Part shown: piece by piece, positions 1 through 8,870 of the stretch
Position numbering within the stretch: position 1 is the first letter of the stretch
Layout: every line of letters begins with the position of its first letter
Source: a virus
Taxonomy: Duplodnaviria; Caudoviricetes
DNA: 42,717 bases
Virus record (IMG/VR): IMGVR_UViG_3300014208_001436
Coordinates: 1-42,717 of that record
Direction: 5' to 3' (one strand)
Program-made: the position numbers and the translations under genes
The notes under the pieces: generated by a model
Databases searched by the model: none
What the model saw: only the letters and a program-made list of their open reading frames with translations
What the model was told of the DNA's origin: nothing

Positions 1-198
1 ATGAACCGCAAAGAGTTCGACGAACTGAAGAAACGCGTGACCCAGTTCCAGAACCTGGCGAACGCTATAAGCTGGAGCAATAGAACGAAATGGCCGGGCT
101 ACATCATCCAGGGGGACGATGGTCGGTATTGGACCTGCCGCCCGGTCGATTTTGAAAGGCTTATTAAAGCCGGTTACGAAGCGGCGCCGATTCTCTAA
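1..198 (+). CDS. Hypothetical protein, 65 aa
   Basis: ORF track; first of a tightly packed plus-strand run. Confidence 0.6.
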   Translation: MNRKEFDELKKRVTQFQNLANAISWSNRTKWPGYIIQGDDGRYWTCRPVDFERLIKAGYEAAPIL

Positions 199-210
199 AC
201 GGGAGGAGCC

Positions 211-414
211 ATGAACTTTTATCAAGACCTTATAGTCAAAGCCACCGGCGCACACAAAACGGATGCGAAATATATCGAGGACATCATGCGGAACGATATC
301 TTCCACTCCACGCTGGACTGGCAGTCGCGGGCGCAGCTTATGCGGGCCGCGAAACAAGCGATGGAACTGCTGGCCGCATATCGGGATGCCGGGTTATTGC
401 CCCTTGCTTCCTAA
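211..414 (+). CDS. Hypothetical protein, 67 aa
   Basis: GGAGGAG Shine-Dalgarno just upstream of the ATG. Confidence 0.7.
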   Translation: MNFYQDLIVKATGAHKTDAKYIEDIMRNDIFHSTLDWQSRAQLMRAAKQAMELLAAYRDAGLLPLAS

Positions 415-423
415 AGGAGAATT

Positions 424-756
424 ATGAACATCACAATTAAAGTGGAAGCGAAGCTGGAGATGGGGCAGGGCGACATTTACGGAACAGCCTTGATGGGTTA
501 TATGCCGTCCGGAACCTACTACACAGACCTCGTGCGCGTGTTTGGCGAGCCGCAATCCGGCAGGTCTCCCGATGGGAAGATTCAGGTGGAATGGTTTGGC
601 CGCATAAACGGCCTGGTCTTCACCATCTACGATTACAAGACCTGCATGATTCCGAAGGACAACATAGATTGGCATATCGGCGGCGACCATAAGCTGACCG
701 CCGCGCTGGTTATCGCATATTTTAAGGAGGCGATGAAGCGGGGTGCCGCGCAATGA
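424..756 (+). CDS. Hypothetical phage protein, 110 aa
   Basis: AAAGGAGA SD upstream; ATGA overlap with next gene. Confidence 0.75.
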   Translation: MNITIKVEAKLEMGQGDIYGTALMGYMPSGTYYTDLVRVFGEPQSGRSPDGKIQVEWFGRINGLVFTIYDYKTCMIPKDNIDWHIGGDHKLTAALVIAYFKEAMKRGAAQ

Positions 757-1076
757 AAATTATAAGACGAGGCCGGTATTGGGCGGTCTATGAGGACGGC
801 GGCGAACTGATATGCCTAGCTGTCTACAAGAAAGGTGCTCAGGAAATTGTCCGGCGGCTGGGGCAAGCCGCGAGGATTGAGAAACTCTGGGTGGTGACAA
901 AACCCGATCATCAAAGCAGTCTTGGCGACATCCTGTTCGAAGCCAGCGCCGCGCGCCTTGCCGTAAACAACGGGCTCAAGGAAAATGAGATTCACGCGAT
1001 TTACTCCAGACATGATGAGGCGGTTCAGGAAGCCGAGCGGATTTTGAGGCCTTATGAGAATCGTAAAGGATTATAA
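753..1076 (+). CDS. Hypothetical protein, 107 aa
   Basis: ATGA coupling to the upstream ORF. Confidence 0.65.
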   Translation: MKIIRRGRYWAVYEDGGELICLAVYKKGAQEIVRRLGQAARIEKLWVVTKPDHQSSLGDILFEASAARLAVNNGLKENEIHAIYSRHDEAVQEAERILRPYENRKGL

Positions 1077-1239
1077 CGACCTGGATAAACTGGAACTGAT
1101 TGAAGGTCGAAAAGTTATCGTGCTGTATTCCAGGCTTATCCATCAGGTTATCAACGGTCAGTGGTCGGTGGTCGGCAGGTTGGATAAAGACGGACGAATT
1201 ATATACGGAGGGCTATCCGATGAAAATCCCAAAAGATGA
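1054..1239 (+). CDS. Hypothetical protein, 61 aa
   Basis: GAGG upstream of ATG; fills the gap in the operon with short overlaps. Confidence 0.5.
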   Translation: MRIVKDYNDLDKLELIEGRKVIVLYSRLIHQVINGQWSVVGRLDKDGRIIYGGLSDENPKR

Positions 1240-1450
1240 TGTGCTGGACGCCTTGCTGACGGACTTGGTCGCGGATCAGGTCCGTCGGGCTCTCCAGCTG
1301 GGCTTCCGGCGTGACGAAGTTGAAGCGGCGGTCAGAGGCGGCGTCCACCACGGCGTTTGCGAGTTCAACCAGAGCCGGGCGGACGCCCGGGAGACGGCAA
1401 AGGTAATCGGGGCGATGCGCCCCAGGAGGCAAAGCCATGAAAGCAACTGA
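1220..1450 (+). CDS. Hypothetical protein, 76 aa (start moved to ATG 1220, MKIPKDD)
   Basis: GGAGGG SD before ATG 1220, in frame with the track ORF 1100..1450. Confidence 0.65.
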   Translation: MKIPKDDVLDALLTDLVADQVRRALQLGFRRDEVEAAVRGGVHHGVCEFNQSRADARETAKVIGAMRPRRQSHESN

Positions 1451-1898
1451 AGCGAAAGTGGGCGAGATGTATCTGTCCCGGACGGGTATCCCGGTCACGA
1501 TGGTCGGGCCAAAAAATGGGAAGTTCCTCATCAAGCTGAAGACGACCGGCACGTTCACGATGGTGAACGGGGACTATGAACTAAAGCCTTATGAAGAGAA
1601 AGGGATCGGCAAGGACTCTAAGTTGCTCCTTAAGGTCAACGGCAAGGGTAAAACGGCGGGCAAGGCCAAAGCAAAGAAGGAAGGCTCACTGGCCGCCATA
1701 ATAGACCCTTTCCTTCTGGCTGGCGGAAAAACGGTGGCTGAAATCACTGCGGAGTTGGCCAAGAAGGCCGGGGAAGCGGGCAAAGGGAAAGACCTTGCGG
1801 CGAACATTCGCGCCAGGATGGTGAGCTACACGCGCAAAGGCTGGCAGGTGGTTAAGGACGACAAGAAGAGGGTGAAAGTCGTCCAGAAGAAGGGATAA
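1437..1898 (+). CDS. Lysine-rich hypothetical protein, possibly DNA-binding
   Basis: AGGAGG SD; basic composition; helical C-terminal part (KTVAEITAELAKK). Confidence 0.7.
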   Translation: MKATEAKVGEMYLSRTGIPVTMVGPKNGKFLIKLKTTGTFTMVNGDYELKPYEEKGIGKDSKLLLKVNGKGKTAGKAKAKKEGSLAAIIDPFLLAGGKTVAEITAELAKKAGEAGKGKDLAANIRARMVSYTRKGWQVVKDDKKRVKVVQKKG

Positions 1899-1902
1899 CT
1901 TC

Positions 1903-2418
1903 ATGGAGACATACGCGGAGAAGCTCAAAGCGGGTAAGGAAAGGATGCGGCAACTCTGTATTCAGGCGGCCCTGACCAATACACCGGCGACGGTCAGGGT
2001 CGTCCGCATCCGTAAGACGCTGTCAGGCAGGGCCTATAGCGCCGCAGAGATAGCGGTGCCGAGGCCGGTTACCCGGCGGGCCCTGCACATTTTCCTGCAC
2101 GAGTGTGCCCATGTGGCTTTGGGGCATGTAAAGGCCGATAAAGCCGCCCAGTTTGGGCCCGCGTTGCCCCACGGCGGCCCCGGGTTAGCCCAGGCGGCCT
2201 CAGAGCCAAGGGGCAGGCGCAAACCACGCCATGTTGAGGAATACGATGCTGAGCAGTGGGCCTTTGACCGCATGCGGGAGTCTGGCATCCCCATACCCCG
2301 GAAATCGCTAAGGCGGGCCAAGAGCTATGTGGCTTACAAGATACGCCAAGCCCGGCGGCGCGGTGCCAAGGCGGTCGACCAGGAGGCTCAACGGTGGGCC
2401 GGGGGCGGGACGCCATGA
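1903..2418 (+). CDS. HExxH zinc metallopeptidase-like protein (ImmA/IrrE-like)
   Basis: FLHECAHVALGH followed by EEYDAEQWA, the HExxH...ExxAxxW/F pattern. Confidence 0.65.
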   Translation: METYAEKLKAGKERMRQLCIQAALTNTPATVRVVRIRKTLSGRAYSAAEIAVPRPVTRRALHIFLHECAHVALGHVKADKAAQFGPALPHGGPGLAQAASEPRGRRKPRHVEEYDAEQWAFDRMRESGIPIPRKSLRRAKSYVAYKIRQARRRGAKAVDQEAQRWAGGGTP

Positions 2419-3299
2419 CCACGGATGCCGTGCTGGCCGGATTTATTCAGCACCTGCGGGTGGAACGAGGACTCTCCCCATGCACTTGGGCCAGCTACGG
2501 TTACCAGATTCGCGGATACCTGCGCTTCCTTGTGGGCCGGGGGCAGACCCCAGTCACAGCTACCCGCGATGATGTTATGGCATACCTGGAGGCCAGAAGG
2601 GATGCGCGGCTGGCAAGTAGTTCGCTCTTCGCGGCAGCCATAGCTATCCGGCAATTCCATCGCTTCCTGGCGGAACGGGGCCATGCCTCGACGGATCCTA
2701 CCATCGGGATGAAGCTGCCCAAATTTAAGCAACGCCTGCCGGAGCCGTTAAGCGTCCCGGAGATGGCGCGGCTTCTTGATGCACCCATAGGCAGTAAATT
2801 TAACCATGTTCGAAATAAAGCGATGCTGGAACTCATGTATGCCACCGGCATGCGGGTTTCGGAACTGCTTGGGCTTACGGTGGAGCGAGTTGATTTAGAG
2901 GGTTGTTCTGCGCGTGTCTGCGGCAAAGGTGGCCGGGAGCGTATAGTCCCGTTCGGAAATAAGGCCAAGGAGGCCATTCTTTACTATCTGGGTGCCAGGA
3001 ATCAACTACGGCCTATACCACATGCTGTCCTTTTTATGAATTCGCACGGCCAGGCGCTAAACAGGGGCACGTTTTGGTGGGAACTTAGGCGAATGGCCAA
3101 GAAGGCCGGGCTAAAGGACAGAATCACCCCGCATCAAATACGACATAGCTCTGCGACGCATTTGCTGGCGGGTGGTGCGGACATCCGCGTCCTGCAGGAA
3201 TTTATGGGGCATAGTTCTATAATGACCACGCAACGCTATGCTCATGTCGCATCAGAATTGCTAAAAGAGACCTGCGGTAAAGCCCATCCACGATTTTGA
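2415..3299 (+). CDS. Tyrosine recombinase, XerD-like
   Basis: N-terminal ERGLSPCT..SY SAM-like domain; catalytic R (GMRVSEL), K (GKGG), HxxR (HQIRH), H (MGH), Y (TTQRY); C-terminal HPR; ATG 2415 overlaps upstream stop (ATGA). Confidence 0.92.
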   Translation: MTTDAVLAGFIQHLRVERGLSPCTWASYGYQIRGYLRFLVGRGQTPVTATRDDVMAYLEARRDARLASSSLFAAAIAIRQFHRFLAERGHASTDPTIGMKLPKFKQRLPEPLSVPEMARLLDAPIGSKFNHVRNKAMLELMYATGMRVSELLGLTVERVDLEGCSARVCGKGGRERIVPFGNKAKEAILYYLGARNQLRPIPHAVLFMNSHGQALNRGTFWWELRRMAKKAGLKDRITPHQIRHSSATHLLAGGADIRVLQEFMGHSSIMTTQRYAHVASELLKETCGKAHPRF

Positions 3300-3522
3300 A
3301 TCTAAAATAGGCATTTTCATCACGACAGTATGGTGTCGGGATGGCCTGCTATACTGTATCCAGAAACATGCATGTAGAGTGCCGTATGGTATCTGTGCTG
3401 TCTGCCGAGAGGACCGCAGTGATTTCAGACTTGATGTCGGTGATGTTAGGTGTTTTTAATTGATTTCTCATTGTAATCGTGGCAGTGGTCTCATTAATTT
3501 TGTAGGATATTCCCTAGGGAAG

Positions 3523-3756
3523 ATGCCTACACATTCAGAAATGTTAAGTCTTGAGGGCCTGGGCGTTTACACAACTGCCCAGCTTTCAGAAGTCCTTGGA
3601 TATACCATTCAGCACACGCGATGGCTTATTCGAACGAATAGGCTGAATGCCATCAAAGTGGGAAGGGACTGGATTATTCAGCGATCTGATGCTGCCGCCT
3701 ATGTCGCTGCCAAAGAGCGCAATCAGGCAACTATAACGACTAAGAGAGGGACATGA
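3523..3756 (+). CDS. Excisionase-type (HTH_17/MerR-like) DNA-binding protein
   Basis: YTTAQLSEVLGYTIQHTRWLIRTNRLNAIKVGRDWII; AGGGA before ATG 3523; ATGA overlap with the methyltransferase. Confidence 0.75.
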   Translation: MPTHSEMLSLEGLGVYTTAQLSEVLGYTIQHTRWLIRTNRLNAIKVGRDWIIQRSDAAAYVAAKERNQATITTKRGT

Positions 3757-4718
3757 CTACAACTACCGTTCGTCCAATGCCTAAAATTCGGGTTAAACGA
3801 GAGGCCTTAATCACCAATCCTAGCCCTATTCCTAGTGTGGGAACTGCGAAAAATATTTTGCAGCAGAAAGATGAAAAAATTAAAGGCAAGGTTCATCCAA
3901 GAAATCCGTTGAATGATTTGACCTCAACAGAGTGGATTCCAGAAACCGTTTCTGTTTGGAATCAAAAAGGGCTTGGTGCAAGTCATGCGGAAGCCCAGAT
4001 TGAACGTCAGCACCCGGCACCGTTTTCGTTCACAGATGTTGCACGGCTGATTAGGTTTTTTACAAAGAAAGGGCAGATTGTTCTTGATCCCTTTGTTGGT
4101 GTGGGATCAACACTGAAGGCGTGTGCTCTTGAAAAACGCCAGGGGATTGGTTTTGAGTTAAATTCTCGATATGTCGACTTAGCAAAGAAGAGGCTTAGAA
4201 CTGAAGTTACGGATGAAATAGCGGTGAAACAACAGCGTGTCCTCAGGGGTGATGCTCGCAGGCTTGTGGCAGCCTTGCCTGAGAATAGTATTGATTTTGT
4301 AGTCACGAGTCCGCCCTATGCCGCGATTCTTCACAAAGAGGATCACAAGGTTAAGCAGGAGCGAACCGCTAAGGGGCTAGATACTCGTTATAGTGACAGT
4401 AAACTGGATTTTGGCAACATTAAGGACTATTCGACATTCCTGGGTGAGCTCGCTGAAATGCTTGGAGATTGTGCGAAGGCGCTCAAACCCAAAAAGTACA
4501 TGGCCATTATAGTTGGCGACTTCAGAGAAAAATCGAAATATGTGATGTTTCATGCTGACTTGGCCCATATGCTTGAGAAATATTCGCTGGGACTTCGTGG
4601 CATCACTGTGCTATATCAGAGGCACAAGCGGGTTTTTCCTTACGGTTATCCGTATGCTTATGTTCCGAATATGCACCATCAATTTATCCTAATATTGCAG
4701 AATGAAAAATCTGAATAA
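3753..4718 (+). CDS. DNA amino-methyltransferase (SPPY type, probably N4-cytosine)
   Basis: HPAPF, SAM-binding DPFVGVGST followed by catalytic VTSPPY. Confidence 0.88.
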   Translation: MTTTTVRPMPKIRVKREALITNPSPIPSVGTAKNILQQKDEKIKGKVHPRNPLNDLTSTEWIPETVSVWNQKGLGASHAEAQIERQHPAPFSFTDVARLIRFFTKKGQIVLDPFVGVGSTLKACALEKRQGIGFELNSRYVDLAKKRLRTEVTDEIAVKQQRVLRGDARRLVAALPENSIDFVVTSPPYAAILHKEDHKVKQERTAKGLDTRYSDSKLDFGNIKDYSTFLGELAEMLGDCAKALKPKKYMAIIVGDFREKSKYVMFHADLAHMLEKYSLGLRGITVLYQRHKRVFPYGYPYAYVPNMHHQFILILQNEKSE

Positions 4719-5505
4719 AACAATCCGTAGTGGTATAGTTGTCGGAGATTGTATCAAGGAGCTGCAGAAGCTTCCGGATGCATGTACTGCCCTAATTATT
4801 GCCGACCCGCCATATAATCTGAACAAAAACTTTGGGCCTTGGAAAGAGTCGGACCATCGGCATGAGTGGTTGGACTGGTCTAAGACCTGGCTCGCAGAGT
4901 GCAAGAGGGTATTGCGACCAGGTGGGAATATTTTTGTCTACGGTATCCACCATTACATTTGTTGGATTCAGTGTGCTCTGTATGAACTGGGGTTGGACTA
5001 TCGGCGGCTCATTATTTGGAATTATGAGAATGGTTTTGCAGGATATGTTCGCAGCCTATCTGCTCATTATGAGCCATTGCTATGGTTTTCAGCGGGATCG
5101 AATTATACGTTTCATCCAATACGGGAGCCGTACAAAAGTCAGGAACGTTTGAAGTATAAAATTACAAAGAACGGAAAATCATGGCAGCCGAATCCAGAGG
5201 GTAGGCTTGCTGGTGATATATGGCGATTCCCCACACTAGCGGGTAGGCGTTTTCGGGATGAGAAGGTTGCTCACCCTACGCAGAAACCACTCTCAATATC
5301 CTTTAGGATTGTGAAACACTTTTCTAATCCAGGGGATCTGGTGGTTGTTCCGTTTGCTGGCAGCGGAACTGAGTGTGTCGCAGCGAAATTATTACACAGG
5401 AAATATCTTGGATTTGAGCTGAATCCAACGTATGTGGATATTGCCAGAAAGCGTATTCAGACCGCAAGCCTGCCGCCAGTATTGGAAACTACTTCGCTGC
5501 GTTGA
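4702..5505 (+). CDS. DNA amino-methyltransferase, beta class (DPPY type, probably N6-adenine)
   Basis: IADPPYN, HPTQKP, then PFAGSGT. Confidence 0.9.
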   Translation: MKNLNKTIRSGIVVGDCIKELQKLPDACTALIIADPPYNLNKNFGPWKESDHRHEWLDWSKTWLAECKRVLRPGGNIFVYGIHHYICWIQCALYELGLDYRRLIIWNYENGFAGYVRSLSAHYEPLLWFSAGSNYTFHPIREPYKSQERLKYKITKNGKSWQPNPEGRLAGDIWRFPTLAGRRFRDEKVAHPTQKPLSISFRIVKHFSNPGDLVVVPFAGSGTECVAAKLLHRKYLGFELNPTYVDIARKRIQTASLPPVLETTSLR

Positions 5506-6544
5506 TCCAGCCTCGGTATCCCTTCCCCTCAAGCAGTTTGCGTCCTAATGCTATTTCAAGTCCTTCTTCGATGGAGTAGCTGTCACAATCTGCATAAAAA
5601 TCAGCCTTCCCAAGGGTCAGTTTGCGTTTTTCCCAGAGCAACAGGAGTAGTGCCCCAACTGTAATCGACTGGATTTTGATGCCTATAATATCACGAACGT
5701 CCTTGATTACACGCCAATACTCGGATCGGGTATTGGGAAATGACAACGTCACGATAAGAGGGGTAATGCATTTGAGATTGGCATCGTGGCGAGACACCAA
5801 AACGGCGCAGTTATCAAGGATATTCCGTGGAGCATCCAGAGTTGCTCCTTCGGAAAACTCGACCTCTGCTGTCCCAAGGTGAGACGCAACAAAAAGGGCA
5901 TCCATACGTATATTCGTATCACCATGTCGCCGCATCTCCCATTCAATCCCAAGTGCCCGCATTATATTCCGGACTAAAAGGTTGGGGAACTGAGTTGATG
6001 TGCCACGGGAGGGGGATGCTATTCTTCGGTAAATTGTGTTTAAAAAGGTTTCTCCGTTCTTAATAATCGTCCCAGTTACGGGCGCAAGAGCGAAGGCTCT
6101 CGAAATCATGTCTGTATGCGATTGTGTGACGGGAGCTTCACTGGAAATAAATCCCGAGTTAGGCTTGTCGTTAACTACAGCACCTTTCGACGTTAGTGTA
6201 ATTGCCGATACCGGGCATCGCAAAACACAAAGTCCACATGAAATACATGCTGCAGAATTAACGTGGGGAGCCCCGGATGAATCTGGCTGGGTGATGGCGT
6301 TTGCTGGGCAAACGTCTGGATTCGTATCACCAGGGAATTTGGAGAGAGACTTATGAGTGTAATCTTGTTTTTGATAGTGTATGCAGGGGGTGTTTGGGCA
6401 GTGAATGCAGGCCCCAACACATTCGATCCCGCTTTTAAACTTAATGCGTGTAGGTGAGCCCAGCCCGCAATGGGTTACTGATAACGGGGCACTAATAATG
6501 TCCCGTCTTTTTACAATTGAAGATGTGCGTTTAAGAATTTTCAA
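5489..6544 (-). CDS. 2x[4Fe-4S] ferredoxin domain fused to a restriction endonuclease-like domain (putative small REase subunit)
   Basis: CIHCPNTPC...VCPANAI...CISCGLCVLRCPVSAI; C-terminal RMDALF-x-AEVE motif. Confidence 0.7.
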   Translation of the reverse strand: MKILKRTSSIVKRRDIISAPLSVTHCGLGSPTRIKFKSGIECVGACIHCPNTPCIHYQKQDYTHKSLSKFPGDTNPDVCPANAITQPDSSGAPHVNSAACISCGLCVLRCPVSAITLTSKGAVVNDKPNSGFISSEAPVTQSHTDMISRAFALAPVTGTIIKNGETFLNTIYRRIASPSRGTSTQFPNLLVRNIMRALGIEWEMRRHGDTNIRMDALFVASHLGTAEVEFSEGATLDAPRNILDNCAVLVSRHDANLKCITPLIVTLSFPNTRSEYWRVIKDVRDIIGIKIQSITVGALLLLLWEKRKLTLGKADFYADCDSYSIEEGLEIALGRKLLEGKGYRGWINAAK

Positions 6545-8228
6545 TTTCTAATATTCCTCGAAGATGAAATATAGTGTCTCTCGTCAGAGTGCGTCCGCAA
6601 AGGATTCTTGTGGCCGCCAAGTGAATAAGTGATCTAAAATCGATAACACCAATCGAAATCTTATAGGTCGAGTATATGTCGGAGATTAGAGATGATACCT
6701 CTGAACGATTATTCGGTGGGTGGTAGCCGACGGCGAGGCTGGTAGTGGAAGCCGTGCTCGGAGCATAGTGGCGAGACATTAGGACAATTTTGTTTTCAAG
6801 AGCTTGACGAACTCCTTTGACAGACAAAAACTCCTCTTCGCCAGGGGATTTTATTTCAATAGGTACAGAGTCTCGTTCGTCACAAATTAACGCGTCCATG
6901 CGCTGGTAATTGACTCCAACCCGAGAGCAATTACAATCGAAGTCGAGACACTTAAACAAATCCGCGACAGCTGGGTAGAATGTATGCTTGCCCGCACTTT
7001 GAAACGAATCAAAGACGGCATCTACCGTTTTTAATAGATCTTTCTTTTGCCCAATCGTGCGAATCATCGTGGCAATGGATGAATCGTTCGTGCCGGATTT
7101 GCTTGTGGATGCGGTTAATTTAACACGAGCCGTGAGAGTAGGTCGTGGCATGGGGGTTGCGGTATTTGACGCACCTTTTTCGATGCCAGGGCTTCGTGTT
7201 GATGGCTTGCTTTGCTGTGGAAATGCTTTCGCGAGAAGAACGGGATCACATTCTTGAAAAGGGGAGAATAGAATGCCTTTTGAATCCCTAATCTTTAGTC
7301 TCGCTAGGAGGGGGCCGCATGTGGTTGTTAAAGATGTCGTGCTATCTTCAATGCCCTCAACTGAAAATCCTGCAAGAACCATCATTTGGTAAAAAGCCAG
7401 CTTAATAAAAGCAATGACTTGGCCTTCTGAAACCCCAGTTAGATTGTCATTTCGAATATCTGTTGCTGAGCGAACTCTGTCGGCTATGGCAATCCCGGCT
7501 GAGGTAAGAACATATTCCACGCCCCTCCCTTCGCGTGAAGGAATCGCCCATCCAGCCCATCGTAGTAATCCAAGAGGGAAGCGTGTGTAGTTCTGCAGAG
7601 TGTTCAGTTGGATGCCAATATCATCTGCGAATTTGTTGACCGCATTGTCGACCTCACTATCTTTTCTAAGGCGTCTTATATGGGCGATAGATTTGGCGAC
7701 TTCCTTTTTATCTTGATCATCTTTTAATTGAAGTGGTCCGAGTATAATCTCATCACGAGATATTCTGCCATCTAGCTCGCGAGCCATGAGTAGGATTGTG
7801 GCGATAGGTCGCACACGATGATCTCCTTTCACTTCCACGTGCGGATTCGGATAGCTGATGCGAAGCAAACACTCTTTAATTAAATCGTCTGGAATACCTT
7901 GATCTAGTGCTATGTGTGCACCTAAGAAGGTAAACGTGAATTCTTGTCGTCCATCTTGGGCGCTATGTATCCATCCCAGAATGCGGAATAGTTCCGAGTA
8001 CATCTTAGACTGATTAAAAAGGGGGTCTCTGCTTCTATCTTCTCGAGTGCTGCGACGTAGTGCCTCACTCCCTATGTGTCCAGATGATGTCGCCAGGTTG
8101 CTTTTCACTAGTGCATTAGACATATCATCTAAGGAAAAACTACCCCTTGCGTTAAGGGATAAGAATAAAGCCTTGAAAATACGGACAAATGCCGCGATAT
8201 CTGAACCCGGGTTGGGAAAACGAAGCAT
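6531..8228 (-). CDS. Putative restriction endonuclease large subunit (N-terminal recognition region, linker, C-terminal PD-(D/E)xK domain)
   Basis: RMDALI-x-PIEIKS catalytic motif; S/T/P-rich linker; adjacent to two methyltransferases. Confidence 0.7.
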   Translation of the reverse strand: MLRFPNPGSDIAAFVRIFKALFLSLNARGSFSLDDMSNALVKSNLATSSGHIGSEALRRSTREDRSRDPLFNQSKMYSELFRILGWIHSAQDGRQEFTFTFLGAHIALDQGIPDDLIKECLLRISYPNPHVEVKGDHRVRPIATILLMARELDGRISRDEIILGPLQLKDDQDKKEVAKSIAHIRRLRKDSEVDNAVNKFADDIGIQLNTLQNYTRFPLGLLRWAGWAIPSREGRGVEYVLTSAGIAIADRVRSATDIRNDNLTGVSEGQVIAFIKLAFYQMMVLAGFSVEGIEDSTTSLTTTCGPLLARLKIRDSKGILFSPFQECDPVLLAKAFPQQSKPSTRSPGIEKGASNTATPMPRPTLTARVKLTASTSKSGTNDSSIATMIRTIGQKKDLLKTVDAVFDSFQSAGKHTFYPAVADLFKCLDFDCNCSRVGVNYQRMDALICDERDSVPIEIKSPGEEEFLSVKGVRQALENKIVLMSRHYAPSTASTTSLAVGYHPPNNRSEVSSLISDIYSTYKISIGVIDFRSLIHLAATRILCGRTLTRDTIFHLRGILEIENS

Positions 8229-8243
8229 AATTTAAGTTTATCA
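8229..8243 (-). promoter_or_regulatory. Candidate extended -10 promoter giving a leaderless REase transcript
   Basis: Minus strand TGA-TAAACT-TAAATT-ATG; -10 box is 6 nt from the ATG and no SD is adjacent. Confidence 0.4.
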
Positions 8244-8291
8244 TTTTTGATTCGGGACAGACATCTTAGCGCTTAGTAATGATTGCTCCTT

Positions 8292-8870
8292 TTAGAGGTT
8301 GGTCTGTATGCCGACTGCAATCTGTGGGGTGCCGTGCCAATTAAGTCCAGCAAGCCCGACAACTTCAATATTGTGAAATGGAGTAATATCGTCAATATGA
8401 CGCGAAAACCCAATCCCGCCGAACTGTGGCGTTATTCCAACCGAGAGGCTGTATCGCCGCCAGTATACCCATTTAAAGTCGACCATTGGCAGTAGTAAGC
8501 CAGAGTAAACCACTCCTCCGCCCAACCGACTTGTAAATCCCCGGTCCTTAATCATGACTTCAGCGGGCTTATTCGGCTGTTCCACCTTGCTTACTACTTC
8601 AACATGCCCTTCGGGCGGCAGATAGCGGTCCCGATATGCGACCTTGGTTGGTCCCTCTCTCCATTTTGTCATAATGCGATCCCGGTATATTGTAACCGTC
8701 TGTTTCGTGTCCGGTGGTAGTCCCTCAATCTTGGTGACAAGTTGTTCTGCCCTGCCGGTTTCTTGCCGAAGCTGCCAATACAAGACTGCCACGAGCAGGG
8801 CCAGCAAGATAATAGCGGCCTCATGCGGTCGCCGGATAATGAACCCGATAAGTTTAGTCAGAAGCGCCAT
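8292..8870 (-). CDS. Membrane-anchored lysis-cassette protein (spanin position)
   Basis: N-terminal hydrophobic helix AAIILLALLVAVLYW; follows endolysin and holin; GGAG SD. Confidence 0.6.
   Translation of the reverse strand: MALLTKLIGFIIRRPHEAAIILLALLVAVLYWQLRQETGRAEQLVTKIEGLPPDTKQTVTIYRDRIMTKWREGPTKVAYRDRYLPPEGHVEVVSKVEQPNKPAEVMIKDRGFTSRLGGGVVYSGLLLPMVDFKWVYWRRYSLSVGITPQFGGIGFSRHIDDITPFHNIEVVGLAGLNWHGTPQIAVGIQTNL

Noticed and set aside
2131-2200. GC-rich nested hairpins within the peptidase gene (possible RNA element)
   Set aside because: Stems are 5-6 bp in very GC-rich sequence, lack tRNA spacing and are expected by chance.
3325-3357. ACAGTAT...ATACTGT inverted repeat downstream of the recombinase as an att site or terminator
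   Set aside because: Only 7-bp arms with a 19-nt gap, no U tract and no second copy seen.
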